Source: an uncultured Gemmatimonadaceae bacterium
Lineage (GTDB): Bacteria > Gemmatimonadota > Gemmatimonadetes > Longimicrobiales > Gaopeijiaceae
Direction: 5' to 3'
Length of the DNA: 64,000 nucleotides
Assembly: GCA_964492085.1 (NCBI GenBank)
Contig: CAZBHZ010000001.1
Coordinates: 131,678-195,677 of the forward strand
The position numbers and the translations under genes were made by a program. The first letter of the stretch is position 1, and each line of letters opens with the position of its first letter. Below are positions 48,363-57,261 of this stretch, one piece after another. The notes beneath the pieces were generated by a model, which was not told the origin of the DNA, made no database searches, and worked only from the letters and a program-made list of their open reading frames with translations.

Positions 48363-49729
48363 GCGCGCGCGCCGCGCTCGATGCCATCCGTGCCGCGGAG
48401 CAGTCCAGCAACGGTCTCAACGCCTTTCTGTCGATCGCCGATCCTGACGCGGTGTCGGCTGCTCAGGCCGATGCCGATGGCGGCCCTCTTTGCGGTGTGC
48501 CCATCGCGGTGAAGGACAACCTGGCGACTCTGGACCTCTTCACGACGTGTGCGTCCAGGCTGCTGGAAGGGTATCGCTCACCGTTCGAGGCGACGGTGGT
48601 GCGAAGGCTGCGCGACGCGGGCGGGGTCGTCATCGGGAAGACGAACATGGACGAGTTCGGCATGGGTTCGTCGACGGAAAACTCGGCCTTCGGCCCCACG
48701 CTGAATCCACATGATCGACGCAGGGTGCCGGGGGGAAGCTCCGGAGGCTCGGCCGCGGCGGTCGCAGCCGGCTACGTGCCGATGGCACTCGGCTCCGATA
48801 CGGGAGGGTCGGTTCGGCAACCGGCCGCATTCTGTGGTGTCGTGGGCATCAAGCCGACGTACGGGCGTGTCAGCCGATACGGTCTGGTTGCCTTCGCCTC
48901 GTCGCTCGACCACGTCGGGACGTTCGGGCGGACGGTGGATGACGCCGCGAGACTGCTCGCGATCGTCTCGGGCTACGATCCTCGCGACGCCATGAGTCAG
49001 GACCGACCTCCGCTGGACCCCCGAGAGTTCGAGGGTCGTGCGCCCCCGGGTGATCTTGCCGGCCTTACGGTAGGCGTCCCCCTCGAATACCTCCCGGACC
49101 ACATGGACGCACCGGTGCGGGAACGGATGGAGGTTGCGCTCGATCACTTCCGCGCGGCGGGCGCGACCGTGCGGGAGGTTTCGTTGCCTGCGACGGAACT
49201 CGCCGTTCCATGCTACTACGTCCTCGCGACGGCCGAGGCCTCGAGCAATCTCGCCCGCTTCGACGGCGTTCGGTTCGGCAGGCGTGTCTCGGCCGAATCA
49301 GTTCCGGGGATGTACGAAGCGACCCGCGGCCAAGGGTTGGGGCTCGAGGTGAAACGGCGCATCATGCTCGGGACCTTCGCGCTGTCGGCCGGCTACTCCG
49401 ACGCGTACTACGGTGCCGCTCAGCGCGTGCGAGCCGCGATTCGGGCGGAGTTTCGGCGCACGTTCTCGGCGGGGGTCGACCTGCTGTTCACCCCGACGAC
49501 GCCCTCCCCGGCCTTTCAGATCGGCGAGAAGATCGACGATCCCCTCGAGATGTACCGGGAGGACGTCTTCACGACGCCCGCCAGCCTGGCCGGTGTTCCC
49601 GCGATGACGGTCCCGATCGGCCGGGTCGACGCGCTCCCTGTCGGTGGGCAGATCATCGCACCCTGGTGGGAGGAAGCCCGGATGATCCGGGCGGCTCGGG
49701 TCCTCGAGTGGGCTGGGAGAGACGCATGA
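48359..49729 (+). CDS. gatA: Asp-tRNA(Asn)/Glu-tRNA(Gln) amidotransferase subunit A
   Basis: Amidase signature GGSSGGSAAAVAAG..LGSDTGGSVRQPAAFCG. ATGA overlap with gatC. Confidence 0.95.
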   Translation: MSARAALDAIRAAEQSSNGLNAFLSIADPDAVSAAQADADGGPLCGVPIAVKDNLATLDLFTTCASRLLEGYRSPFEATVVRRLRDAGGVVIGKTNMDEFGMGSSTENSAFGPTLNPHDRRRVPGGSSGGSAAAVAAGYVPMALGSDTGGSVRQPAAFCGVVGIKPTYGRVSRYGLVAFASSLDHVGTFGRTVDDAARLLAIVSGYDPRDAMSQDRPPLDPREFEGRAPPGDLAGLTVGVPLEYLPDHMDAPVRERMEVALDHFRAAGATVREVSLPATELAVPCYYVLATAEASSNLARFDGVRFGRRVSAESVPGMYEATRGQGLGLEVKRRIMLGTFALSAGYSDAYYGAAQRVRAAIRAEFRRTFSAGVDLLFTPTTPSPAFQIGEKIDDPLEMYREDVFTTPASLAGVPAMTVPIGRVDALPVGGQIIAPWWEEARMIRAARVLEWAGRDA

Positions 49730-51159
49730 CTGACTGGCAGCCGGTCGTCGGCATCGAAGTCCACGTTCAACTTCGAACGGGGAGAAAGCTCTTCTGCGCC
49801 GACCTGGCGGTCTTCGGAGACGAGCCCAATACGCACGTGTGCCCCGTATGCCTCGGACTGCCCGGAGCGCTGCCCACGCTCGACAGCGAGGCGGTCCGCC
49901 TGGCCGTCCGCACGGGCCTGGCCCTGGGATGCACCATCCGCGAACGGTCGGTCTGGGCCCGCAAGAACTACTTCTATCCCGATCTGCCGAAGGGGTATCA
50001 GATCACGCAGTTCGATCAGCCCCTGGGGACCGGGGGGGCGGTGGAGTTCGACGGTTCCGGGGGAGCGTCGCAGGTTCGGATTCACCGGATTCACATCGAG
50101 GAGGACGCGGGAAAGTCCGTACACGATCGTACCCCGGGCGCCACGGTCGTCGACCTCAACCGGGCGGGCATTCCACTGGTGGAGATCGTCACCGAGCCGG
50201 ACCTCCACGATCCGGCCGACGTCCGCGCGTTCCTGCAGGCGCTCAAGCGAATCCTGGAGTATGCGAACGTGAGCGATTGTTCGATGGAAGAGGGCAGCCT
50301 TCGGGTGGACGCCAACGTCTCGATCCGCCGGATCGGGGAGCGCGGACTCAACCCCAAGACCGAGATCAAGAACGTGAACTCGTTTGCTGCGATCGAGCGG
50401 GCCCTGAAACTCGAAATCGCCCGCCAAATCGAGGTGGTCGAGCACGGGGGGGCGGTCCACTCCGAGACCCTCTTGTGGGATGATCATCGGGGGACACTGC
50501 GTGCGATGCGGTCGAAGGAGGGGAGTCACGACTACAGGTATTTTCCGGACCCGGACCTTCCGCCGTTACGCCTCGGGCAGGAGGTCATCAGCGTGGAGCG
50601 GGATGCTCTACCCGAGCTTCCCCGAGCGCGCGCCGCGCGGTTCCGTGAGGACCTCGGTCTCTCTGTGTACGACGCAGACGTCCTGACACGCACGTCCGCC
50701 GGCGCGGAGTATTTCGAGGAGGTCGCGCGCGGTTGCGGAGACGCCAAGCAGGCAGCGAACTGGGTCATGGGGCCGATTCAGTCGCTGATGAAAGAACAAT
50801 CGGACACCACGGCGGCCTTCGCCGTACGCCCGCCGCATCTGGTCGAGCTGATCGGACTGGTCGACGAAGGCAGAATTTCGGATTCGGTCGCGAAGAAGGT
50901 TCTCCGCATCATGCTCGAGGAGTCGAAATCGGTGGCCGAGGTCGTGGATGAACGTGGCCTCGAGCAGGTCCGAGACCGCAACCTGCTGATCTCGTGGGTC
51001 GACCAGGTGATGGACGCTCACCCGGAGGAAGTCGAGCGCTACCGGGGTGGAGAGACGAATCTGCTCGGCTTCTTCATCGGCCGCGTCATGGCTCGTTCGG
51101 AGGGGCGGGCCGACCCTCGTCGGGTCGACGAGCTTCTTCGGAATCGGCTGCCGGCCTGA
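49726..51159 (+). CDS. gatB: Asp-tRNA(Asn)/Glu-tRNA(Gln) amidotransferase subunit B
   Basis: VVGIEVHVQL.., PVCLGLPGALP, and NRAG.PL.EIV. ATGA overlap with the gatA stop. The listed ORF (49210) is a shadow extension. Confidence 0.95.
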   Translation: MTDWQPVVGIEVHVQLRTGRKLFCADLAVFGDEPNTHVCPVCLGLPGALPTLDSEAVRLAVRTGLALGCTIRERSVWARKNYFYPDLPKGYQITQFDQPLGTGGAVEFDGSGGASQVRIHRIHIEEDAGKSVHDRTPGATVVDLNRAGIPLVEIVTEPDLHDPADVRAFLQALKRILEYANVSDCSMEEGSLRVDANVSIRRIGERGLNPKTEIKNVNSFAAIERALKLEIARQIEVVEHGGAVHSETLLWDDHRGTLRAMRSKEGSHDYRYFPDPDLPPLRLGQEVISVERDALPELPRARAARFREDLGLSVYDADVLTRTSAGAEYFEEVARGCGDAKQAANWVMGPIQSLMKEQSDTTAAFAVRPPHLVELIGLVDEGRISDSVAKKVLRIMLEESKSVAEVVDERGLEQVRDRNLLISWVDQVMDAHPEEVERYRGGETNLLGFFIGRVMARSEGRADPRRVDELLRNRLPA

Positions 51160-52126
51160 ATGGGGGAAGGGTGCGCCCGGCGGCAGTCTCCGAGCTGATA
51201 CCGGACGCGAATTCCGGGTCGTCGATCTGCGGCCAGTAGACCAGCGGATCCTCTGGAAAGCCGAAGAAGGCGTCCGCCATCTCCTCGAGAACGTCGGGGT
51301 GGTCGGCCGTATGATCCGACAGCGCTCGACGCCGCACCTTCTTGGCGAGCTTCAGATTGAGGTCGCCGACCGGATCGAGCTGCGCCGCCTTCGATGACCC
51401 CCGTTCCCTGAGGTATCCGATCACGTGCTCGAAGGAGCGCTCGAAGTACCGATCGACGATCGGATCGGGCAGGTCGTAGCGTGAGTTGGCCAGGACCTGG
51501 CCGAAGACCTTCTGCCAGCGCTCGTGGCCCTGGAAGCGAATCATCCCCCGGAAGATCCTGCGATTCGTGCCGAAGCTGAACACGGTGCGGCTCAGTACGT
51601 CATCGAAGAGGGCGTCGGCCTCACTGTGGTCGTGATCCACGACGATGTGCCGGGCCAGGTTGAGGAAGCCCTCGCCCACGTGCATGTCCATCCGGTGCTC
51701 CCAGTACGTGTGGCCCAGAGCCTGCGTGGTATTGGTGAGGAGGAGCTGCCGGGGCACGAAGGTATTGTGCGCGACCGTATCCGCCGCGAGGTGAGAGAGG
51801 TAGCCGAGCCCCACCGCCGCCATGTGCTCGGAGTCGGCGGCGTGGAAGATCTCCTCGCCGACGTGCCAGTTGTGACAGTGCCGGCCTTCGGGCACGTACT
51901 TCTTGGCGAACGAGATGTCCGCCGCGACCGACCCGTACAGGTAGTGCAGGGGATACCGCTCGAGGATCGCCCGAACCGCCGGCGGGACGAGGTAGAGAGA
52001 GCTCAGGACCGCCTCGCCCAGCGCGACGTGGGTCGCGGGCCCCCATGCGAGGACGGGATCGGGCACGAGGAGCAGCCACGTTGCCGCGACGGCGAGGGCG
52101 GGCAGGAGGACGCGGCCGGGGGCCAC
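51086..52126 (-). CDS. Zinc-dependent phospholipase C-like protein
   Basis: A signal-like N-terminus is followed by AWGPATHVALGE (mature-end Trp/His zinc ligands) and several further His/Asp clusters. The 3' end overlaps gatB by 74 nt on the opposite strand. Confidence 0.6.
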   Translation of the reverse strand: MAPGRVLLPALAVAATWLLLVPDPVLAWGPATHVALGEAVLSSLYLVPPAVRAILERYPLHYLYGSVAADISFAKKYVPEGRHCHNWHVGEEIFHAADSEHMAAVGLGYLSHLAADTVAHNTFVPRQLLLTNTTQALGHTYWEHRMDMHVGEGFLNLARHIVVDHDHSEADALFDDVLSRTVFSFGTNRRIFRGMIRFQGHERWQKVFGQVLANSRYDLPDPIVDRYFERSFEHVIGYLRERGSSKAAQLDPVGDLNLKLAKKVRRRALSDHTADHPDVLEEMADAFFGFPEDPLVYWPQIDDPEFASGISSETAAGRTLPPFRPAADSEEARRPDEGRPAPPNEP

Positions 52127-52131
52127 GGAGG

Positions 52132-52749
52132 TCAGACTCCGGCGTCCGCGGGTGATCCCACCGAGGAGGTGGGTTCGTCTTCGCCGCCGGTCCCGCCTGC
52201 GCGAGACCCTTCGTCGGGTGCCTCGGCCCCGGGATCGTCTTCGTCGACGTGCTCGCTCCCCCGCGCCGTCGTTTCGGGCGGCGCTGGCGCTGCGTTTCGA
52301 GGAGACGCGATCCGGCTCGCGCCAGCCCGGACACCTCGGACCGTTGAGGCGGTGTCCAGGAAGATGTCCTCGGCTTCCCCCTGGACGACCTCCATGAGCG
52401 CATTGAAGTCCTCAATCCGCTCTTCCATGCGCTCGGACGCCTGATTGAGGCGGTCGGACAGGGCTCGCACGGACGAGTTCAACCGCTCTACGTCCGTCCG
52501 GAGGGCCTGTGTGATGAACTCCACGTTGTCCGAGATGATCTTCGCCCGGTCGGACACGGGCCCGATGTTGTCCTTCGCCACGCCTTTCATCTCATCGAGG
52601 AGGCGGTTCAGGCGTAGGAAGATCGAGAGCGTGACCAGCACCAGGATGAGCATGGCAACAGCGATCACGACCGTGGCCACCTCGGAGAGCATGGCCAGTG
52701 TCGTGCCGCTGGTCGCCGCCTGGGCGAGCGTGAGTGTGGGGATACCCAT
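52132..52749 (-). CDS. DUF948-like membrane-anchored coiled-coil protein with acidic tail
   Basis: The ATG at 52749 (GGAG 5 nt upstream) gives one TM helix ([19 protein letters not shown]), then helical repeats typical of DUF948/YtxH-like proteins. Confidence 0.5.
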   Translation of the reverse strand: MGIPTLTLAQAATSGTTLAMLSEVATVVIAVAMLILVLVTLSIFLRLNRLLDEMKGVAKDNIGPVSDRAKIISDNVEFITQALRTDVERLNSSVRALSDRLNQASERMEERIEDFNALMEVVQGEAEDIFLDTASTVRGVRAGASRIASPRNAAPAPPETTARGSEHVDEDDPGAEAPDEGSRAGGTGGEDEPTSSVGSPADAGV

Positions 52750-52890
52750 GACTCCAAGATAATGCGCGGCGCGGCCTTCGTCTCGCTGTTCGGCACGCAT
52801 CGTGCATTTGACCATGGCAGGGAGAGCGGCGTGCTCAGCGCGACCTTTTTCGATCGGTCTTCTCAGGTCCGGAGGTGCTGGATGGTGCGG

Positions 52891-52922
52891 TTGGCGAGGG
52901 GTGTGGGGTCCGGGTATGTTTC
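52891..52922 (+). promoter_or_regulatory. Weak candidate promoter of murA: TTGG-N20-TATGTTTC
   Basis: One mismatch in each half relative to TTTG-N19-21-TAnnTTTG; 76 nt upstream of the murA ATG. Confidence 0.2.
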
Positions 52923-52998
52923 GCCTTCCGCGGCCGGGCCGCTGGCCTGGATCGGCCGTCTCCGGGCCGCCCCCTTCTCACCGCGCTTTCAGGACGAT

Positions 52999-54279
52999 AT
53001 GGGGACCTTCGTGGTCGAGGGCGGGCACCGGCTCGAGGGCCGGATACGCCCTGCCGGGAACAAGAACGCAGCACTACCGTGCCTCGCGGCGGCCGTACTC
53101 TGCCCGGAGCCGGTTTCGTATGAGAACGTTCCGCGAATTCGGGACGTACTCACCTTCCTGATGATCATCGAGTCGCTCGGGGCGGACGTCACCTGGACCG
53201 GCCCGAACGAGGTGACGATCGATGCCGGCGGGGTGCGCACGGACAAGATCGACGTGGACATGGCCCGGCGGATTCGGGCGTCCGTGCTTCTCGCGGGGCC
53301 GCTCCTCGCCCGCTTCGGTCATGTGGAGCTCCCGCCGCCGGGTGGGGACGTGATCGGCCGCCGGCGTATGGATACGCACTTTCTCGCGTTCGAGGCGCTG
53401 GGCAGTGAACTCGTCCTCAACCACGGATTCGAGATTCGCGCTGAGCGCCTGGTGGGGGCGGACTTCTTCCTGGACGAGCCGTCCGTGACCGGTACGGAGA
53501 ACGCGGTCATGGCCGCGGTCAGGGCCGATGGGGTCAGCACGATCCGCAACGCGGCCGCCGAGCCACACGTCCAGGACCTGTGCCACCTCCTCAACGCCAT
53601 GGGCGCCCAGATCTCCGGCATCGGCACCCACCAGCTGACGATCGAAGGCGTGAACGAGCTTCATGGGACACACTTCCGGATCGGTGCGGACCACATCGAG
53701 ACCGGATCCTTCATCGGGCTCGCAGCCGTCACCGGGAGCGACATCACCATCGAGGGCGCGCCGATCCAGCACCTGGATTCGACGCTGATCGGCTTTCGGC
53801 GTCTCGGTATCCGTTGCGACGTCGTGGGGGAGGACCTCTACGTGCACGGCTCCGAGGACAACCATATCCAGATGGATGCGTTCGGTGCCGTTCCCAAGGT
53901 CGACGACGGGCCATGGCCGGCGTTTCCTGCAGACTTGACCTCCATCGCGCTGGTGGCGGCCACCCAATGCATCGGCACCGTGCTGATTCACGAGAAGATG
54001 TTCGAGTCTCGTATGTACTTCACGGACAAGCTCGTAGGCCTCGGCGCCTCGATTATTTTGTGCGATCCGCACCGGGCTGTCGTGGTCGGACCCAGCCCGC
54101 TCCGGGGCGGGGTGGTCGAGAGCCCCGATATCCGGGCCGGTATGGCGCTCCTGATCGCGGCGCTGGGCGCGGAAGGGACGTCGACCATCCACAATATTCG
54201 ACAGATCGAGCGCGGGTACGAACTGATCGACGAGCGGCTCGGACGGCTCGGCGCCCGGATCGAGCGCCGGGAGGAGTAA
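52999..54279 (+). CDS. murA: UDP-N-acetylglucosamine 1-carboxyvinyltransferase
   Basis: [27 protein letters not shown].. and typical EPSP-synthase-fold repeats. The ATG at 52999 fits the family N-terminus. Confidence 0.93.
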   Translation: MGTFVVEGGHRLEGRIRPAGNKNAALPCLAAAVLCPEPVSYENVPRIRDVLTFLMIIESLGADVTWTGPNEVTIDAGGVRTDKIDVDMARRIRASVLLAGPLLARFGHVELPPPGGDVIGRRRMDTHFLAFEALGSELVLNHGFEIRAERLVGADFFLDEPSVTGTENAVMAAVRADGVSTIRNAAAEPHVQDLCHLLNAMGAQISGIGTHQLTIEGVNELHGTHFRIGADHIETGSFIGLAAVTGSDITIEGAPIQHLDSTLIGFRRLGIRCDVVGEDLYVHGSEDNHIQMDAFGAVPKVDDGPWPAFPADLTSIALVAATQCIGTVLIHEKMFESRMYFTDKLVGLGASIILCDPHRAVVVGPSPLRGGVVESPDIRAGMALLIAALGAEGTSTIHNIRQIERGYELIDERLGRLGARIERREE

Positions 54280-54343
54280 GCCGGTGCAGAATCTCCCGAC
54301 TCACTACCCTCGTACGGATCGCTGACGACCCGAATCAGCCAGG

Positions 54344-54802
54344 ATGAATGCGATGAGCGACGAACAGGAAGGAACCGGAGGGCCGGAACAGGAGGCGACG
54401 CAGGAGCCGTCCGGTTCCGAGGGCCAGGGCCGCAGGAAGTCCATGGGTGACGGGATCAAGGAGGGGCTGGGCGTGCTCTCGGCGTTCCGGGACGCTCTCG
54501 AGGAAACGATCCAGGAGGCCCGCGAGCGAGGCGATCTCTCCACGGATCGCGCGAAAGAGGTCATGAAGGAGACGCTCGGCAAGGCTCAGACGGCAGCCGA
54601 GGAGGCACGTGGGCGCCTCGATTTCGCCTCGCAGGCGGATCTTGAAAAGGTCAGGGACGCGGTAGACGCGATGAAGGACCGTCTCGGAGCGCTCGAGGAG
54701 AGCGTGTTCGGGGCCTCGACCGAGGCGTCGTCGAATGACGATGCCGGTGGGGCGTCGGCGGAGGACGGGGGTGATGGCGACGGAGGGGACGGCGGGGGCT
54801 GA
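54344..54802 (+). CDS. Phasin-like (COG3937-like) small helical protein with Asp/Gly tail
   Basis: Helical core GVLSAFRDALEETIQEARERGDLS..AKEVMKE, with acidic low-complexity ends (..GGDGDGGDGGG). Confidence 0.45.
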   Translation: MNAMSDEQEGTGGPEQEATQEPSGSEGQGRRKSMGDGIKEGLGVLSAFRDALEETIQEARERGDLSTDRAKEVMKETLGKAQTAAEEARGRLDFASQADLEKVRDAVDAMKDRLGALEESVFGASTEASSNDDAGGASAEDGGDGDGGDGGG

Positions 54803-54838
54803 TCGGCCACCCCGGAATCTGCCCTGATCAAGGGCATG

Positions 54839-54881
54839 GGCCCGGTGCACGCCGCCCCTCGGGTTGAGCGAGCACCGGGCC
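54839..54881 (+). other. Strong GC stem-loop downstream of the phasin-like gene
   Basis: GGCCCGGTGC-23 nt-GCACCGGGCC: a 10-bp perfect stem 37 nt after the stop. The following sequence is pyrimidine-rich but not a clean T-tract. Confidence 0.35.
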
Positions 54882-54892
54882 TCCTCTATATT
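54864..54892 (+). promoter_or_regulatory. Sigma-70-like promoter candidate TTGAGC-N17-TATATT
   Basis: -35 TTGAGC (54864-54869), a 17-nt spacer, and -10 TATATT (54887-54892). It is an unusually AT-rich hexamer for this sequence, about 140 nt upstream of rimP. Confidence 0.35.
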
Positions 54893-54935
54893 CCCCCTCC
54901 GATATAGCCGCGAGGTTTGCGGCGGCAGGATCGAA

Positions 54936-54964
54936 GTGGGGGAGTTGGTCGCCCCCGCTTTTTT
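54936..54964 (+). terminator. Canonical intrinsic terminator (hairpin plus T6)
   Basis: Stem 54936-54942 (GTGGGGG) pairs with 54952-54958 (CCCCCGC), including one G-U pair. The loop is 9 nt, followed directly by TTTTTT (54959-54964). It lies 65 nt upstream of the rimP ATG. Confidence 0.6.
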
Positions 54965-55029
54965 GTTCGATGTGGACATGGGGTTCGCTGCTTCGGTGGC
55001 GTACCCCTCGTTGTTGATTGGAGGATGGT

Positions 55030-55521
55030 ATGCGGGCCGTGCCGGAGATCGATCAGGGCCTCGAACGCCGAGTTGAAGAACTCGGGTACGAGGTGGTCGA
55101 GCTGCGGTGGGGAGGCAGTGGCCGTCGTCCGATGCTCAAGCTCCGTATCGATCGTCCGGACACGGTTCCGGGTCAAGGAGTGACCGTGGACGAGTGCGCG
55201 ACCGTGAGTCGGGCACTCGAGTCCTGGCTGGATGAGCATGAAGGGCTTTCGGAGCGCTACGTGCTCGAGGTTTCGTCCCCCGGGGTCGATCGGCCGCTGG
55301 TTCGCCCGCGCGACTTCGAGCGGTTCAGAGGGGAGCACGTTGCCGTGAGCGGGAAGGAGGTCCTTCTCGGGAAGGCGACGAGGTTGGAAGGAGAACTACT
55401 CGGTCTGGCGGGTGAGGGTACCGATGAAGAGTCGGTCCTTCTCCGTTTGCCGAGCGGCGAGGAGGTGAGCGTTCCGAGGTCGGAGATTCGGAAGGCGCAT
55501 CTCGTTTTTACGTGGAAGTGA
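55030..55521 (+). CDS. rimP: Ribosome maturation factor RimP
   Basis: LGYEVVELRW..., LKLRIDRPD, and VSSPGVDRPL. GGAGGA lies 4 nt before the ATG at 55030; the ORF-track start 55018 is TTG. Confidence 0.9.
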   Translation: MRAVPEIDQGLERRVEELGYEVVELRWGGSGRRPMLKLRIDRPDTVPGQGVTVDECATVSRALESWLDEHEGLSERYVLEVSSPGVDRPLVRPRDFERFRGEHVAVSGKEVLLGKATRLEGELLGLAGEGTDEESVLLRLPSGEEVSVPRSEIRKAHLVFTWK

Positions 55522-55530
55522 GGAGATAGA

Positions 55531-56925
55531 ATGGCGAACGCGGCACAGATCGTGGCGGCCTTCCGGGACGTCGCGGCAACGAAGAGCCTCTCCGACGAGG
55601 AGATGACAGATCTGGTCAAGGATGGCATGCTTGCCGGACTGGCCCGGATCTATGGTGCCACGGTGCAGGCCGAGATCGACATTGACGAAGACACGGGCGA
55701 CTTCGACATCGTGGTTCTGCGCCGCGTCGTCGATGAGGTCGAGGATTCGGCTACGGAAATCTCGCTCGACGAGGCACGCTGGGACGACGACACCTACGAA
55801 GTCGGTGACGTCATGGAGGTTCCGGTCGCCTTCGCGGACTTCGGTCGGAACGCCGTCATGGCCGTCAAGCAGCGCATCGTCCAGCGGGTTCGGGAGAACG
55901 AGCGTGACCGGATCCGAGACGAGTTCGCCGATCAGGTCGGGCAGCTGTTGTCCGGAGAGCTCCAGCAGATCGAGCGTGGAAAGCTCGTCGTGATGCTGAA
56001 TCGGGCGCGCGACGCCGAGGCGATCATTCCGTGGAAGGACCAGAACCCGCGCGAGCGTTTCCGGCAAGGGGATCCGATCCGGGCCGTCCTCAAGAAGGTC
56101 GAGGAAACGCCCAAGGGGCCTCGCCTGATCCTGTCCCGGGCCGATCCGCTTTTCGTGGCGGCGCTCTTTCACCTGGAAGTTCCGGAGATCCACCAGGGGA
56201 TCGTGGATATCCGTGAGATTTCCCGTGAGGTCGGGGGCCGGACGAAGATCGCCGTCTACAGCCGGGATGAGTCGATCGACCCGGTCGGCGCGTGCGTGGG
56301 CCTGAAAGGTTCGCGAGTCCAGGCGGTCGTGAACGAGCTCGGCGGTGAGCGGATCGACATCGTGCCGTGGCACCCCGATCCCGAGGTGTTTGCCCGTCGC
56401 GCGCTCGCTCCGGCCCGTGTCTCGAAGGTCTTCACCGACCCGGAGCGACAGGTCGTCACGGCGATCGTGGACGAGGACCAGCTGTCCCTCGCGATCGGCC
56501 GAAACGGTCAGAACGTGAGGCTCGCGTCGCAGCTGATCGGTTGGCAGATCGACCTGTATGGATCGCGTGAGTGGGTCGAGCGGGGCGAGGACCTCGCGGC
56601 GCTGACGGAAGGCGCGGGGGAGGACCAGTACGAGACGTCGGATTTCCCGATCTCCGAGCTGGACCTGCGGCCTGCCGTACTGGCGGCCCTATCTGAGGTC
56701 GGATATGATACTTTTCTACAGATCATCGACTTGGAACGCCGTGATTTCCTTGGAATCAAGGGCCTCGGCGAGGAAGATGCGGATCGCCTGCTGCAGCTCA
56801 TCGATGAGCTGACAGTGGTCGAGGGCGAGGTCCCTGCGGCGGAGGAAGCGGCAGACGCGGATTCCGATTCCGAGGACGATGAGGCCGAGGGCGCTGACGA
56901 CGACGATGGAGACTCGGAGGAGTAG
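55531..56925 (+). CDS. nusA: Transcription termination/antitermination factor NusA
   Basis: N-terminal domain, S1 and two KH domains (DPVGACVGLKGSRVQAVVNELGGERIDIV), plus a C-terminal HhH region with an acidic tail. Confidence 0.95.
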   Translation: MANAAQIVAAFRDVAATKSLSDEEMTDLVKDGMLAGLARIYGATVQAEIDIDEDTGDFDIVVLRRVVDEVEDSATEISLDEARWDDDTYEVGDVMEVPVAFADFGRNAVMAVKQRIVQRVRENERDRIRDEFADQVGQLLSGELQQIERGKLVVMLNRARDAEAIIPWKDQNPRERFRQGDPIRAVLKKVEETPKGPRLILSRADPLFVAALFHLEVPEIHQGIVDIREISREVGGRTKIAVYSRDESIDPVGACVGLKGSRVQAVVNELGGERIDIVPWHPDPEVFARRALAPARVSKVFTDPERQVVTAIVDEDQLSLAIGRNGQNVRLASQLIGWQIDLYGSREWVERGEDLAALTEGAGEDQYETSDFPISELDLRPAVLAALSEVGYDTFLQIIDLERRDFLGIKGLGEEDADRLLQLIDELTVVEGEVPAAEEAADADSDSEDDEAEGADDDDGDSEE

Positions 56926-57253
56926 CGCGCTTCGGCTCCTGGGCCTGGCCAGGCGGGCCGGCGCGATCGCTCCCGGAACGGAGTCGGTTCGTCGGGCGAT
57001 CCGCGATGGCGAGGCTTTGCTGATTTTGATGGCTGAGGACGCATCGAGCGTCCAGTTGAAAAAAATTCGAACGATGCAGGATGACGGATCGATCCCCCGG
57101 GTGACCCTGGGGGATCGTGCCACGTTGGGCGCCGCGGTGGGGATGGCGGAGCTCTCGGCGGTGGCCGTCACTCAGGCATCGTTCGCGAATCGCCTCGTCG
57201 AGGAGCTCCAACGCTCCGAAGGCGGGGACCGTACGGACGCAGTGGAGGCGTAG
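56906..57253 (+). CDS. ylxQ: L7Ae/L30e-family RNA-binding protein YlxQ
   Basis: ALRLLGLARRAGAIAPGTESVRRAIRDGEALLILMAEDAS matches the YlxQ pattern, and the gene sits in the conserved position between nusA and infB. It overlaps the nusA 3' end by 20 nt. Confidence 0.75.
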   Translation: METRRSSALRLLGLARRAGAIAPGTESVRRAIRDGEALLILMAEDASSVQLKKIRTMQDDGSIPRVTLGDRATLGAAVGMAELSAVAVTQASFANRLVEELQRSEGGDRTDAVEA

Positions 57254-57261
57254 CAGAAAGC

